From contig NW_025215289.1 of NCBI RefSeq assembly GCF_004010195.1, positions 32,262 through 84,357 of the forward strand: a stretch of 52,096 nt of DNA. Reading direction: 5' to 3'. Position numbers and translations under genes: made by a program. Below are positions 35,680 through 47,089 of the stretch, piece after piece (positions within the stretch are counted from its first letter, which is position 1; each line of letters begins with the position of its first letter). Below the pieces are notes generated by a model, which had not been told where the DNA came from, made no database searches, and saw only the letters and a list, made by a program, of their open reading frames with translations. The stretch is from Chiloscyllium plagiosum (lineage: Eukaryota).

Positions 35680-36900
35680 AGAAACATCGGGAATGGAGTA
35701 GGCCATACAACACATTGAGCCTTTCCCATTCCAGTTCATGTTCAAACATCTCCTCAATGCACTTTTCCCATACGCTGTGCACATCCCTTAATGTGTTTAA
35801 CCGTGTGAAGCTATAAAGTAGGAAGTGCAGTAGTCCATTTGGTCTGTCGAGTTTGCTGCCCAATTCAATATAATGATACCTGGCCCTTTATTTCCATATC
35901 GTTCTCCTTCTCTCTCACCATTCCTTTACTGTCTCTAAGTCCTTATTTATATTCAGTGTCTTGGCTTCCAGGTTCGAGCGCATTCCCCAGGTTCACCAGT
36001 CTCTGAGGGCAGACATTTATTGTCATCTCATTTCAGAATGGTCTGTCTGTACCTAATACTGTGGAGCCTTGTTTTAGACAGATCAGCAGGTCAGGCAGCA
36101 TCCAGGGAACAGGAGAATCGACGTTCCGGGCATAAGCCCTTCTTCAGGAATGAGGAAAGTGTGTCCAGCAGGCTAAGATAAAAGGTAGGATGGAGGGTCT
36201 TGGGGGAGGGGCGTTGGAAATGCGATAGGTGGAAGGAGGTCAAGGTGAGGGTGATAGGCCGGACTGGGGGTGGGGGCAGAGAGGTCAGGAAGAAGATTGC
36301 AGGTTAGGAAGGCGGTGCTGAGTTCGAGGGATTTGACTGAGGCAAGGTGGGGGGAGGGGAAATGAGGAAACTGGTGAAATCCGAGTTCATCCCTTGTGGT
36401 TGGAGGGTTCCTAGGCGGAAGATGAGGCGCTCTTCCTCCAACCGTCGTGTTGTTGTGGTCTGGCGATGGAGGAGTCCAAAGAAATGCATATCCTTGGTGG
36501 AGTGGGAGGGGGAGTTGAAGTGTTGAGCCACAGGGTAGTTGGGTTGGTTGGTCCGGGTGTCCCAGAGGTGTTCTCTGAAACGCTCCGCAAGTAGGACCTG
36601 TTCCCCCAATATAGAGGAGGCCACAACGGGTGCAGCTGATTCTCCTGTTCCCTGGATGCTGCCTGACCTGCTACGCTGTCTAAAACAAGGCTCCACATTT
36701 TCAGCTCTGATCGCCAGCATCTGCAGCCTTCACTTTCTCCTTGTTTTAGATACCAGAGCCTGGGGAATTATTATCCCTGCTTCCAAGCCGTCTCACCCTG
36801 TCAAAGCTTTATATATCTCACTGAGATCTCCACTCATTTTCCTAAACCCCATGGAATACAGGCCCAGTCACTCCAAACTTTTCTCCCGCAACAAGCCTGT
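35680..36900 (-). mobile_element. CR1 3' fragments hosting a Penelope insertion
   Basis: ggagtaggccat tail motifs at about 35695 and 35818; the CR1 sequence resumes after 36750. Confidence 0.65.
36079..36738. mobile_element. Penelope-like element with inverted arms and 12-bp TSD
   Basis: LAERFREHLWDTR..PVAQHFNSPSHS..RRLEEERLIFRLGTLQPQGMN (GIY-YIG C-terminus) on -; TSD ccttgttttaga at 36067-36078 and 36739-36750; hammerhead at 36116-36151 with a GGAAC variant. Confidence 0.9.
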
Positions 36901-36934
36901 GAGCTGCCTTGTTGAACCGCTGCAGTCCACTGTG

Positions 36935-39060
36935 GATTCAGTGATGGTAACACCATTGAATGCCAAGGGCAGTGTTTAGATTGCATTTTAGTGGTGATGG
37001 TCACAGTCTGGCAATTGTGTGACCTGAATATTACTTGCCACTTGTCAGCCTGGATACTGTCCAGATCTTGTTGCATTTGGACATGGACTGCTTCAGTATC
37101 TGAGGAGCCACAAATATTGCTGAATATTGCGCAATCATTGGCGAACATCCCCACTTCTGACATTATTATAGAGGAAAGTCATTGATCAAGCAGCCCTGAA
37201 GATGTTGGAGCCTAGGCCACTGCCCGAGGGACTCCTACAGACTTGTCCTGGAGCTGAGTTGACTGGCCTTTATCAACCAGGACCATCTTCCTGGTCAGGT
37301 ATGATTCTAACCAGCGGGGAGTTTGCCCCTTATACCCATTGATTCCAGTTTTGTTTACGCCCCTTGATGCCACACTTGAGAGAAGACAGCCTTGTTTTAA
37401 AGGACTGTCACTCTCACCCCACCTCTGGAATTCAGCTCTTTTGTCCATGTTTTACCAAGGTAATGAGTTCAGGTGCTGAGTGGTCCTGGTGGAGCCCAAA
37501 CTGGGCGTCATTGACCCGGTTATTGCTGAGCAGGTGCTGCTTGAAAGCACTGAGACATTCCACCACTTTACTGATGATCGAGAGTAGACTGATGGAGTGT
37601 TAATTGGCCGGATGGATTTGTTCTGCTTTTTATATACAGGAGATACTTAGGGTAATTTTCCACGTAATTGGGGAAATGTAATTGTTGTAACGGTATTAGA
37701 ACAGCTTGGTGAGGGCAGTGACAAGGTCTGGAGAGCAACTGTTCAGTATTATTGACAGAATGTTGTCAGAGTATGTACCCTCTGGTGTATCCAATATCTC
37801 CAACTGAATCTGGATATTGCGTGGAGTGAATCAAATTGGCTGATGGCTGGTAACTGGATTGCTGAGGACCACATCGAGGAGGCCAAGATGGATCATCCAC
37901 TCAGCACTTCTGACTGAAGATTGTTGCGAATGCATCAACATTATCTTATACACTGTAGTGCTGGACTTTTCCATCATTAAGGATGGGGATACTCATGGAA
38001 TCTCCTCCTCCAATTACTTGTTTAATTGTCCATAACTATTCTCAACTAGAAGTAGAAGGACTGCAGAGCTTAGATCTGATCCGTTACTTGTGGGATCACT
38101 TAGCTCTGTCTATCACTTACTGCTTATGCTGTTTGGATTACAAGTAGTCCTGGTTGGTGACTTCTCCAGGGTGACACCTCATTGTCAGCTATGCCCAGTG
38201 CTGCTCCTGCCCCCCCTGCACACTCCATTGAACCAAGGTTGATCCTCTGGTGTGATGGTAATTGTTGTGAGGAGGATATGCCAGGCCATGAGGTTTTGCA
38301 GGAGTACAATTCTGCTGCTATTGATGACCCACAACACGTTATGGAAACCCGGATAGATCTGTTCGAAGTCTGTCCTAGTTAGCACGGTGATAGTGCCACC
38401 TAAAATGGTGGAGGTTATTCTCAATGTGGAGGTGTGACTTTATTTCCACAATGACTATGCAGTGGTCACTCTTACTGATAATGTCATATGGACAGATACT
38501 TCTGCAACTGGCAGATTAGTAAGGCTGTGGTCAAATATGGCTTTTCCCTCTTGTGGGTTCCTTCACCACCTGCCGTAGACCCAGTCTATCCGTATATCCT
38601 TTAGGACACGGCCAGCTCAATCAGTAATGCTGCTGCTGAACTACTCTTTTTGTGGACATTGACATCCCCAATCCAGAGTACATTTTGTGCCTTTGCCACC
38701 CTCAGTGCTTCCTCCAAGTGTTCGTCAGCATGGAGGAGAACTGTCCCATCAGTTGAGAGAGGCTGGTACACGGTAATCAGCAGGAGGTTTCCTTTCCCAT
38801 GTGTAAACTAACGCCAGGAGACTTCATGGGATACAGAGTCACTGTTGAGGACTCCCAGAGCAATTCCCTTTCAACTGTATCCCACTGTGCCACCACTTCT
38901 GCTTTGTTTGTCCGGCTGGTGAAACAGGAGATATCCGGGGATGGTGATGGGGTGTCTGGGACATAGTCATACTCACAGAATCATACCTTACAGACAATGT
39001 CAGGCTGTTGCTTCATGTGTCTGTTATTTCTATTCACTGTTTGCTGCCAACTGTCCCATT
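36935..39060 (-). mobile_element. CR1-like LINE ORF2 (APE endonuclease plus RT), degenerate
   Basis: SEVGMFANDC (RT catalytic motif), WLESYL..GVP, ITITPEDQPWFN, and endonuclease region at 38500-39050. Confidence 0.85.
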
Positions 39061-39782
39061 CTAGAAACATGGCCATATATTCGCCCCAATCCACTCAGAT
39101 TTGATTTTGAAAACTAGGCTGGGAGCTTTATCAACATTTTTCTGAAAATCCACGTGTTTTGCATCCATTGTTTCTCTTTCATTTGTCTCCCAGTCAGTTT
39201 CTCAAACATAATTCCCATTTCATAAATTAATTTTAGTGTTGTCTATGACCATTACNNNNNNNNNNNNNNNNNNNNNNNNNNNNNNNNNNNNNNNNNNNNN
39301 NNNNNNNNNNNNNNNNNNNNNNNNNNNNNNNNNNNNNNNNNNNNNNNNNNNNNNNNNNNNNNNNNNNNNNNNNNNNNNNNNNNNNNNNNNNNNNNNNNNN
39401 NNNNNNNNNNNNNNNNNNNNNNNNNNNNNNNNNNNNNNNNNNNNNNNNNNNNNNNNNNNNNNNNNNNNNNNNNNNNNNNNNNNNNNNNNNNNNNNNNNNN
39501 NNNNNNNNNNNNNNNNNNNNNNNNNNNNNNNNNNNNNNNNNNNNNNNNNNNNNNNNNNNNNNNNNNNNNNNNNNNNNNNNNNNNNNNNNNNNNNNNNNNN
39601 NNNNNNNNNNNNNNNNNNNNNNNNNNNNNNNNNNNNNNNNNNNNNNNNNNNNNNNNNNNNNNNNNNNNNNNNNNNNNNNNNNNNNNNNNNNNNNNNNNNN
39701 NNNNNNNNNNNNNNNNNNNNNNNNNNNNNNNNNNNNNNNNNNNNNNNNNNNNNNNNNNNNNNNNNNNNNNNNNNNNNNNNNN

Positions 39783-42268
39783 AGGTCACTGAGTACATGA
39801 CTGATGTGTGAATGGGTCTCGATGTGAACTAAGGGACAGACAGCAGAATTGCATTGCAGATATTGCAGCTCAAAACTGCGTATTTATGTAGTGCTGTAGA
39901 CGACAGCTGCAGGAGAAGCAGAACAGCATTCAAACACAGCCTGTAACATTTTGCCCTGGATAATCTCCTCAGTCTGCCATTACCATCAATACGATCTATG
40001 TTTCAGTAATGACTGTGGGTGAACATGACTGGGTCAGAACCACGTGAACCTAAACCTGACGCGAACCCATTAAAGCTACCACACTTGACGAACAGATCTG
40101 ATCGAAGCTCCGCAATCCTGTCACATTCTGTCATAAATGGTGATGAATGATTAAACAAATGACTGGAGCAAAGGGCTCCACAAATATCCCCATCCTCAGT
40201 CATCGAACAGCTCTGCGCATCCGTGTAAAAGACCAGGATGTGGTAGCTGCACCACCCTCAGCTAGAAGTGTTGAGTAGATGATCCACCTCACCCTCGCCA
40301 TGATACCCACAAAATCACAGATGCCAGTCTTCAACCAATTCATTTTGCTGTACGTGACATAAAGAAACAGCTGAACACAGTACGTACGAAAAAGGGAATG
40401 GTCCCTGACACCATTCCTGTAATAGGACTGAAGACTTGTGCTGCATAACAAGCTGTGTCCCTGGGGTAGCTCTTTCAATCCAGCTCCAACTCTGACATCT
40501 CCCTGGTAATGTGGATAATTACTCAACTATGTCCATTTCCTAAGAGGATTATAATTACAATCTGACCAGTTACCTCCACCTCAGCCCCACACTTGATGCC
40601 ACACTTGGGAGAAGACAGCTTTGTTTTAAAGGACTGTCACTCTCACCCCACCTCTGGAATTCAGCTCTTTTGTCCATGTTTTACCAAGGTAATGAGTTCA
40701 GGTGCTGAGTGGTCCTGGTGGAGCCCAAACTGGGCGTCATTGACCCGGTTATTGCTGAGCAGGTGCTGCTTGAAATCACTAAGACCATCCACCACTTTAC
40801 TGATGATCGATTGTAGACTGATGGAGTGGTAATTGACCGGATTGGATTTATTCTGCTTTTTATATACAGGAGATACTTGGGATAATTTTCCACGTAATTG
40901 GGGAAATATAATTGTTGTAACGGTATTGGAACAGCTTGGTGAGGGCAGTGACAAGGTCTGGAGAGCAACTGTTCAGTATTATTGACAGAATGTTGTCAGA
41001 GTATGTACCCTCTGGGGTATCCAGTATCTTCAACTGAATCTGGATATTGCGTGGAGTGAATCAAAATTGCTGAGGACCACATCGAGGAGGCCAAGATGGA
41101 TCATCCACTCAGCACTTCTGACTGAAGATTGTTGCGAATGCATCAGCCTTATCTTATGCACTGAAGTGTTGGACTTTTCCATCATTAAGGATGGGGATAC
41201 TCATGGAATCTCCTCCTCCAATGACTTGTTTACACTTTATTGAACCAAGGTTGATCCTCTGGTGTGATGGTAATTGTTGTGAGGAGGATATGCCAGGCCA
41301 TGAGGTCTTGCAGGAGTACAATTCTGCTGCTATTGATAACCCACAACACGTTATGGAAAACCGGATAGATATGTTCGAAGTCTGTCTTGGTTAGCACGGT
41401 GATAGTGCCACCTAAAATGGTGGAGGTTATTCTCAATGTGGAGGTGTGACTTTATTTCCACAATGACTATGCAGTGGTCACTCTTACCGATAATGTCATA
41501 TGGACAGATACTTCTGCAACTGGCAGATTAGTAAGGCTGTGGTCAAATATGGCTTTTCCCTTTTGTGGGTTCCTTCACCACCTGCCGTAGACCCAGTCTA
41601 TCCGTATATCCTTTAGGACACGGCCAGCTCAATCAGTGATGCTGCTGCTGAACTACTCTTTTTGTGGACATTGACATCCCCAACTCAGAGTACATTTTGT
41701 GCCTTTTCCAACCTCAGTGCTTCCTCCAAGTGTTCGTCAGCATGGAGGAGAACTGTCTCATCAGTTGAGAGAGGCTGGTACACGGTAATCAGCAGGAGCT
41801 TTCCTTTCCCATGTGTAAACTAACGCCAGGAGACTTCATGGGATAGAGAGTCACTGTTGAGGACTCCCAGAGCAATTCCCTTTCAACTGTATCCCACTGT
41901 GCCACCACTTCTGCTTTGTTTGTCCTGCTGGTGAAACAGGAGATTTCTGGGGATGGTGATGGGGTGTCTGGGACATAGTCATATTCACAGAATCATACCT
42001 TACAGACAATGTCAGGCTGTTGCTTCATGTGTCTGTTATTTCTATTCACTGTTTGCTGCCAACTGTCCCATTCTAGAAACATGGCTATATATTCGCCCCA
42101 ATCCACTCATATTTGATTTTGAAAACTACGCTGGGAGCTTTATCAACATTTTTCTGAAAATCCACGTGTTTTGCATCCATTGTTTCTCTTTCATTTGTCT
42201 CCTAGTCAGTTTCTCAAACATAATTCCCATTTCATAAATTAATTTTAGTGTTGTCTATGACCATTACA
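39783..42268. repeat. Second copy of a tandem segmental duplication
   Basis: 39783-40590 matches 34347-35150 and 40593-42268 matches 37365-39255 almost base for base. Confidence 0.95.
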
Positions 42269-42619
42269 TTCAGTCCCAATAATTTCTCCCAAACCATTTA
42301 CTTACTATGTTCTGTGTTCCATGTACTATTACGTTTTCCAACACCAGACTTGGTTTTCCTGGTATTGTCAGAAAGTTCGGTGAAGACAGAAGTGAAGTTA
42401 TGGATTCATGGTTTTGCCATTTCCCTGTTTCCCATTCTCCATTCTCTGGTTTCAAACTGGAAAAAAACCGGCACTGTTTTTTCATACTTCTCACATTTAT
42501 ATAACTTGACAAGCTATTACAGTTCACTCTTATAACCTTTGTGAACATTATCTTCAGACACCCATCAATTCCTGTCTTAAGATGCTCAGCTCCACATCAT
42601 ACACTCACAGGAGCATAGT

Positions 42620-45600
42620 TTATGTACCAACAGAAATACAGCACGATCTGTATTAGTCGCACTTTCCAACACAGGCCCATAGCCTGGAATGTTATGAAAC
42701 TTCCAAGGCCTCGTCCAAGTACTTTTAATGGTTGAGAGGTTAACCGTGATAACTCCCCTCTCAGGAAGTACATTCCAGACCTCAACACGCTCTGGGTGAA
42801 AAAAAAGTAATCTTTAAATCCTCTCTGAATCTCAAACCCTTCACTTTAAAAACGTGCTCCCTTGTTTTTGACCCTCTGTCTAAAAGGAGCAGCTGATGTC
42901 TATCCACCCTGTCCATGCCCCTTGTTAACTTATCCTTCTGAATCACATCCCCTCAGCCTCTCTGTCCAAAGTAAACAGCCCGAGCTTATCCAGCCTCTTT
43001 CCATAGCTGATATGATCCATCCCAGGAAACCTCCTGGTGAATCTCCTCTGCACACCCTCCAGTACAATCACATCCTTCCTGTAATGAGGCTCCCAGAACG
43101 ACAGACAGTACTCCATCATGGACTAAACCAAGCCCTGTATAGCACTTATAATCTACTCCCTGATTAATAAACACTACTCCCAAGGTTCAATTCTTAACTA
43201 GTCCATTACCCTATTCAGTCACATTCAGGGATGTGTGGAGAAACACCCTGTGAGCTCCCTAGTGTGCTGCCAATCATTGTGTACACCCCATGCCTGGTTC
43301 CTCCTTCCCAAGTACATCACCTCATATTTATCAGGATCACATTCCATCTGCCATTGATCTGCCCATCTGATCATTCCATTTGTATCTTTCTGTAAAATCA
43401 GAACTTCCTCCTCACTGCCAACTACCCGGCCAATCTTTGTGTCCAACACAAACTTACTTATCACAACTCCCACCCCTCCACCTACTCCCCCTCCAGATTC
43501 ACATCTATACCATTTATGAATGCTACAGACAATAAGAGACACAGCACAGATCCCTGTGGTACATCAGGGGACACTGGTCTCCAGTCACACAAACAACCTT
43601 CTCTCACCACCTTCTGCCTCCTGACACTAAGACAAATTTCTTTGTAACTTTTCAAGTTATCCTTGACACTCTGAGATTTTACTTTATTTTTTCAATTTCC
43701 CATGTGGAACTTTGTCAAAGGCCTTGCTGCAAAACTAAACAAGCGACCTCCTCAAACTAATTCAATCAAATTCATTAGGTGTGACTTCACTCTGATCAAG
43801 CCATGATGATTATCCCTGATCAAACCTTGCGACTCTGATTGGAGTTCAATTTTCTCCTTCTCTATTTTCTCCAGTAGTTTCCCGAACAGTTATCTAATAC
43901 TCGCTCGTCTATAGTTACCTTGGCAAATATCTACCACCCTTACTGTGAAGTGGAATCATATTAGCTGCTCTCCAGTCCTCTGGCACCTCCCCTATGTCAG
44001 ATTCCAATTAGAATTTCCTCCCTTGACTCCAACAGTATCCAGACCTGCGGATTTGTCCAATTTTATACCAGACAAAGCCCTGCTCGTATTTTACATCAAT
44101 CTCTTCAAGAGCTTTCCAGTCCATCTTCTCGAATTCTGTACCTGCATCCTCCTTCTCCCAACTAAAACAGCTGTGATGTTTACATGTAACAATCTATCAA
44201 TGTTCTCCGGGTTGACGCACTGATTGCCTCCCTTTGGTTTCTAATGGACACGAACTATTTGCTGATTATTCTGTTCTGCTTGTCCGTGTAGAATGCCGTG
44301 GGTTTCTCTCTTATCTCGCCTGCTTGCACTTCTCCATGTCCCTCTGTTATTCAGTCCCCTCTATGTTTCTAAGTTTCTAAGTTTCAGTACAATCACCTCT
44401 CATCTTTTGAAACTCCAGATCACAGGCTGAGTTTCCCCATCAGTCAATTTTGCCATTTTATGGATTAATCCGTAAAGTACCTTTTGCAGTTCCTCTGCAG
44501 ACAATATATTCTATCTTAGATTGGGACTCCAAGCGGTACACAATACTCTAAGTTTAGTCTCAGCAACACTATATGCAGCTGGTGCACGACATCTTCTATG
44601 TTGCAATTTCATACACATGAACGTAAACCTAATTTTTCGTTTCCTATTTGCATGCGTTCTTCCCAATTGCTTTCACTTTAACTTTTCTTATGATGTTAGT
44701 GGGAGAGTTCTTAAAAAAAATCCTCCTGAATATCCAACGATACGTCATCCATTAGCTCCTCAAACCATTCCAAAAATGTTTGCCACTTATGGTTTTCATT
44801 TCATCGATGCATTATCATTCTCCCCAGTTTTCCCATTTCCTTCTATATATCCAGTAACACGTTCTTTGTAATTCAGCCCAAGAGACACCCGACCGCGGAT
44901 TGCAAGATAACTGATCTGTAGTTCACCACTCTCCATCTTCATCCTTTCTTAAACTGTTGGATAATATTTATAACTTTTGCCATATCAAGATTGGCTAAAT
45001 ATCTTTCCAGAATGTATTGGAAAATAACATGAAAATCTGAGATGTAATTAATACGTCTATTGCTGCTTCCTCTGAAATTCTTGTATGAAGTACATCTGAT
45101 CTGTCAGATTTATAAATGCTCATTCCAGCTTTCTTTTCAAAGATGACCTCATCACTGATAAGAATGAGCTTCGACTTTACTCACACAAGTCCCATGGTCA
45201 CTTGGTTTTCCTGGGAGAATTTCTGGATATTCTGCCTTGAAGATAGACACAAAGAAACTGTTTCTTTCTCCTGAGATTTCTGTTCTCTTCAATAAATTAT
45301 CCTGTCCTCACACCTATTGTTCCACATTTAACCTTGTTTTTACTTTTGTTTCATACACTGAGGTACATTTTCTTTAGCAGTCTTTATGTTTTTTTTAGCA
45401 GTCTTTATGTTTTTTCTTTAGCAGTCTTTATGGTTTTCTTTTGTTTGCATGCTGTTTCGCTTTTTGATTTCCTTCTCAGTTTCTTGGTCATCCGTTGTTG
45501 GGTCGTACATTTCTCCGAATCCATTGGCTTACTACAACACTTGGCATTTTTCTAAGCTGCTTCCTTTGACCTAATAGGTAGTTAAAGTTCAGGCTGAAAG

Positions 45601-46750
45601 GTTTAGATTGGAGAGGAGGGTGGACCAGATTGATGGGAAGGAAGATGAACACATAGGAACGTTCAAAAGGGGGGAGTGTGCTGTGCTGGAATATTGGACT
45701 GGGATAAGGTGGAGTTAGGGGAAATGGGGAAACTGGTGAAATCTACATTAATCCCCTTTGGTTGGAGGGTCCCAAGGCAGAAGAGGAACCTTTCTTCATC
45801 CATGCTTCGGGTGGTTAGGGTTTGGCAATGGAGGAGGCTCAGGACTCTCATGTCCTTGGCAGAGTGGAAAGGAGAGGTAAAGTGTTTAACCACAAGGTGG
45901 TGGAGTTGGTCAATGTGGGTGTTCCAGCGATGGTCTCTGAATTGATCCACGTGTGTCTCGCCAATGTAGAGAAGACCACACTGAGTTTAAAGGATGCAGT
46001 AGATGAGGCGTTCTGTATCCCTTCATCACCTATCACTTTCAGCAGCACCTTCATCGACCTATCGCATTCCTAGCTACCTGCCTCCTGCCACACCCCCTTC
46101 TCATTTATCTCTCAGCTCCCTCTATCCAGAAGCCTCATTCCTGATGAAGGGTTGTGCCCGAAACGACAATGCTCCTGCTCCTAGTACGCTGACTGACTGT
46201 GCTTTTCCAGCGCCACTGATCTCCAGCAGCTGCAGTGCCCACTTTCTCCTCACACCTTCAGGGCTTGCATGATTCAGATTTATAACAGTTACTTCAAATA
46301 AAACAAAAGCTACCGTGTACTCAAAACAGCATAAAAGAAAAACAATGCATTGTGGTCACGGTTCCCAAAAAGGTCCTTACAGCAAAGTTTTCAATTAGCT
46401 TTTCTGATCATCCAACATCAATTTCTAAATAACCTGATCTCTAGCTCCGTGCTCGACCAAATGTTAATGCCAGCTATCTAACACATGCTCATGAAATCCA
46501 TTTTTCCCAGCATTAGCATTCAGTTAGGTTAACATAGTTTAGATATAATGTAAACAGTACATTATTACTGCAGTAGCCACAAATTTGTATGTCTCATTTT
46601 CCTGTTTTATAACCTGCCCAACATTTGTATTGCAGCTTTCACTTTGATATATAACTCCCATCAATGTTTCCTTCTCCTTGCTGTTTTTACGCTCCACATT
46701 ACAAGATTCTGTAGAATCTGAGTGAGTGGGCTTTGGGGAGATTAATGGTT
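42620..46750 (-). mobile_element. Long degenerate CR1 ORF2 remnants (at least two elements)
   Basis: VISKFVLDTKIGRVVGSEEE..WADQWQME; ETLMGVIYQ (endonuclease); three tandem copies of tttagcagtctttatg at about 45370-45432. Confidence 0.75.
45590..46250. mobile_element. Penelope-like element, inverted arms
   Basis: DQFRDHRW..VVKHFTSPFHSAKDMRVL..EERFLFCLGTLQPKGIN on -; plus arm 46020-46250 has a hammerhead at 46137-46170 with the triplet mutated to GAC. Confidence 0.85.
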
Positions 46751-46897
46751 GAGATAATCTCGCCACATCATTTATGATCTTCTCAAACATTAATTTCTCC
46801 AGATCTCCCGTTATGCTAGTGAAGTAGAGAAGGACAATGATCGTTCAACAATGCTCTGTATTTCCCCCAGAGAGCTGAGACTGCTCTAACCTGGGTG

Positions 46898-47052
46898 ATG
46901 ATTTGGAGATGCTGGTGTTGGACTGGGGTGTACAAAGTTAAAAATCACACAACACCAGGTTATAGTCCAATAGATTTAATTGGAAGCACACTAGCTTTCG
47001 GAGCGACGCTCCTTCATCAGGAGCGTCGCTCCGAAAGCTAGTGGACTATAAC
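46898..47052. mobile_element. Miniature inverted hammerhead-bearing insert (family B) with 12-bp TSD
   Basis: ctaacctgggtg at 46886-46897 and 47053-47064; perfect 25-bp inverted repeat at 46989-47043. Confidence 0.85.
46989..47020 (-). ncRNA. Hammerhead core (family B) within a DNA palindrome
   Basis: Reverse complement: CUGAUGA A GGAGC-guc-GCUCC GAAAG CUA GUG; the 5' strand of stem I is replaced by the inversion. Confidence 0.6.
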
Positions 47053-47089
47053 CTAACCTGGGTGGGAACCTTACAGCAGGCTGGCAAAG

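Noticed and set aside
27857..39811. Long ORFs (190-390 aa) in the ORF track
   Set aside because: They consist almost entirely of X residues from N-gaps and are artefacts.
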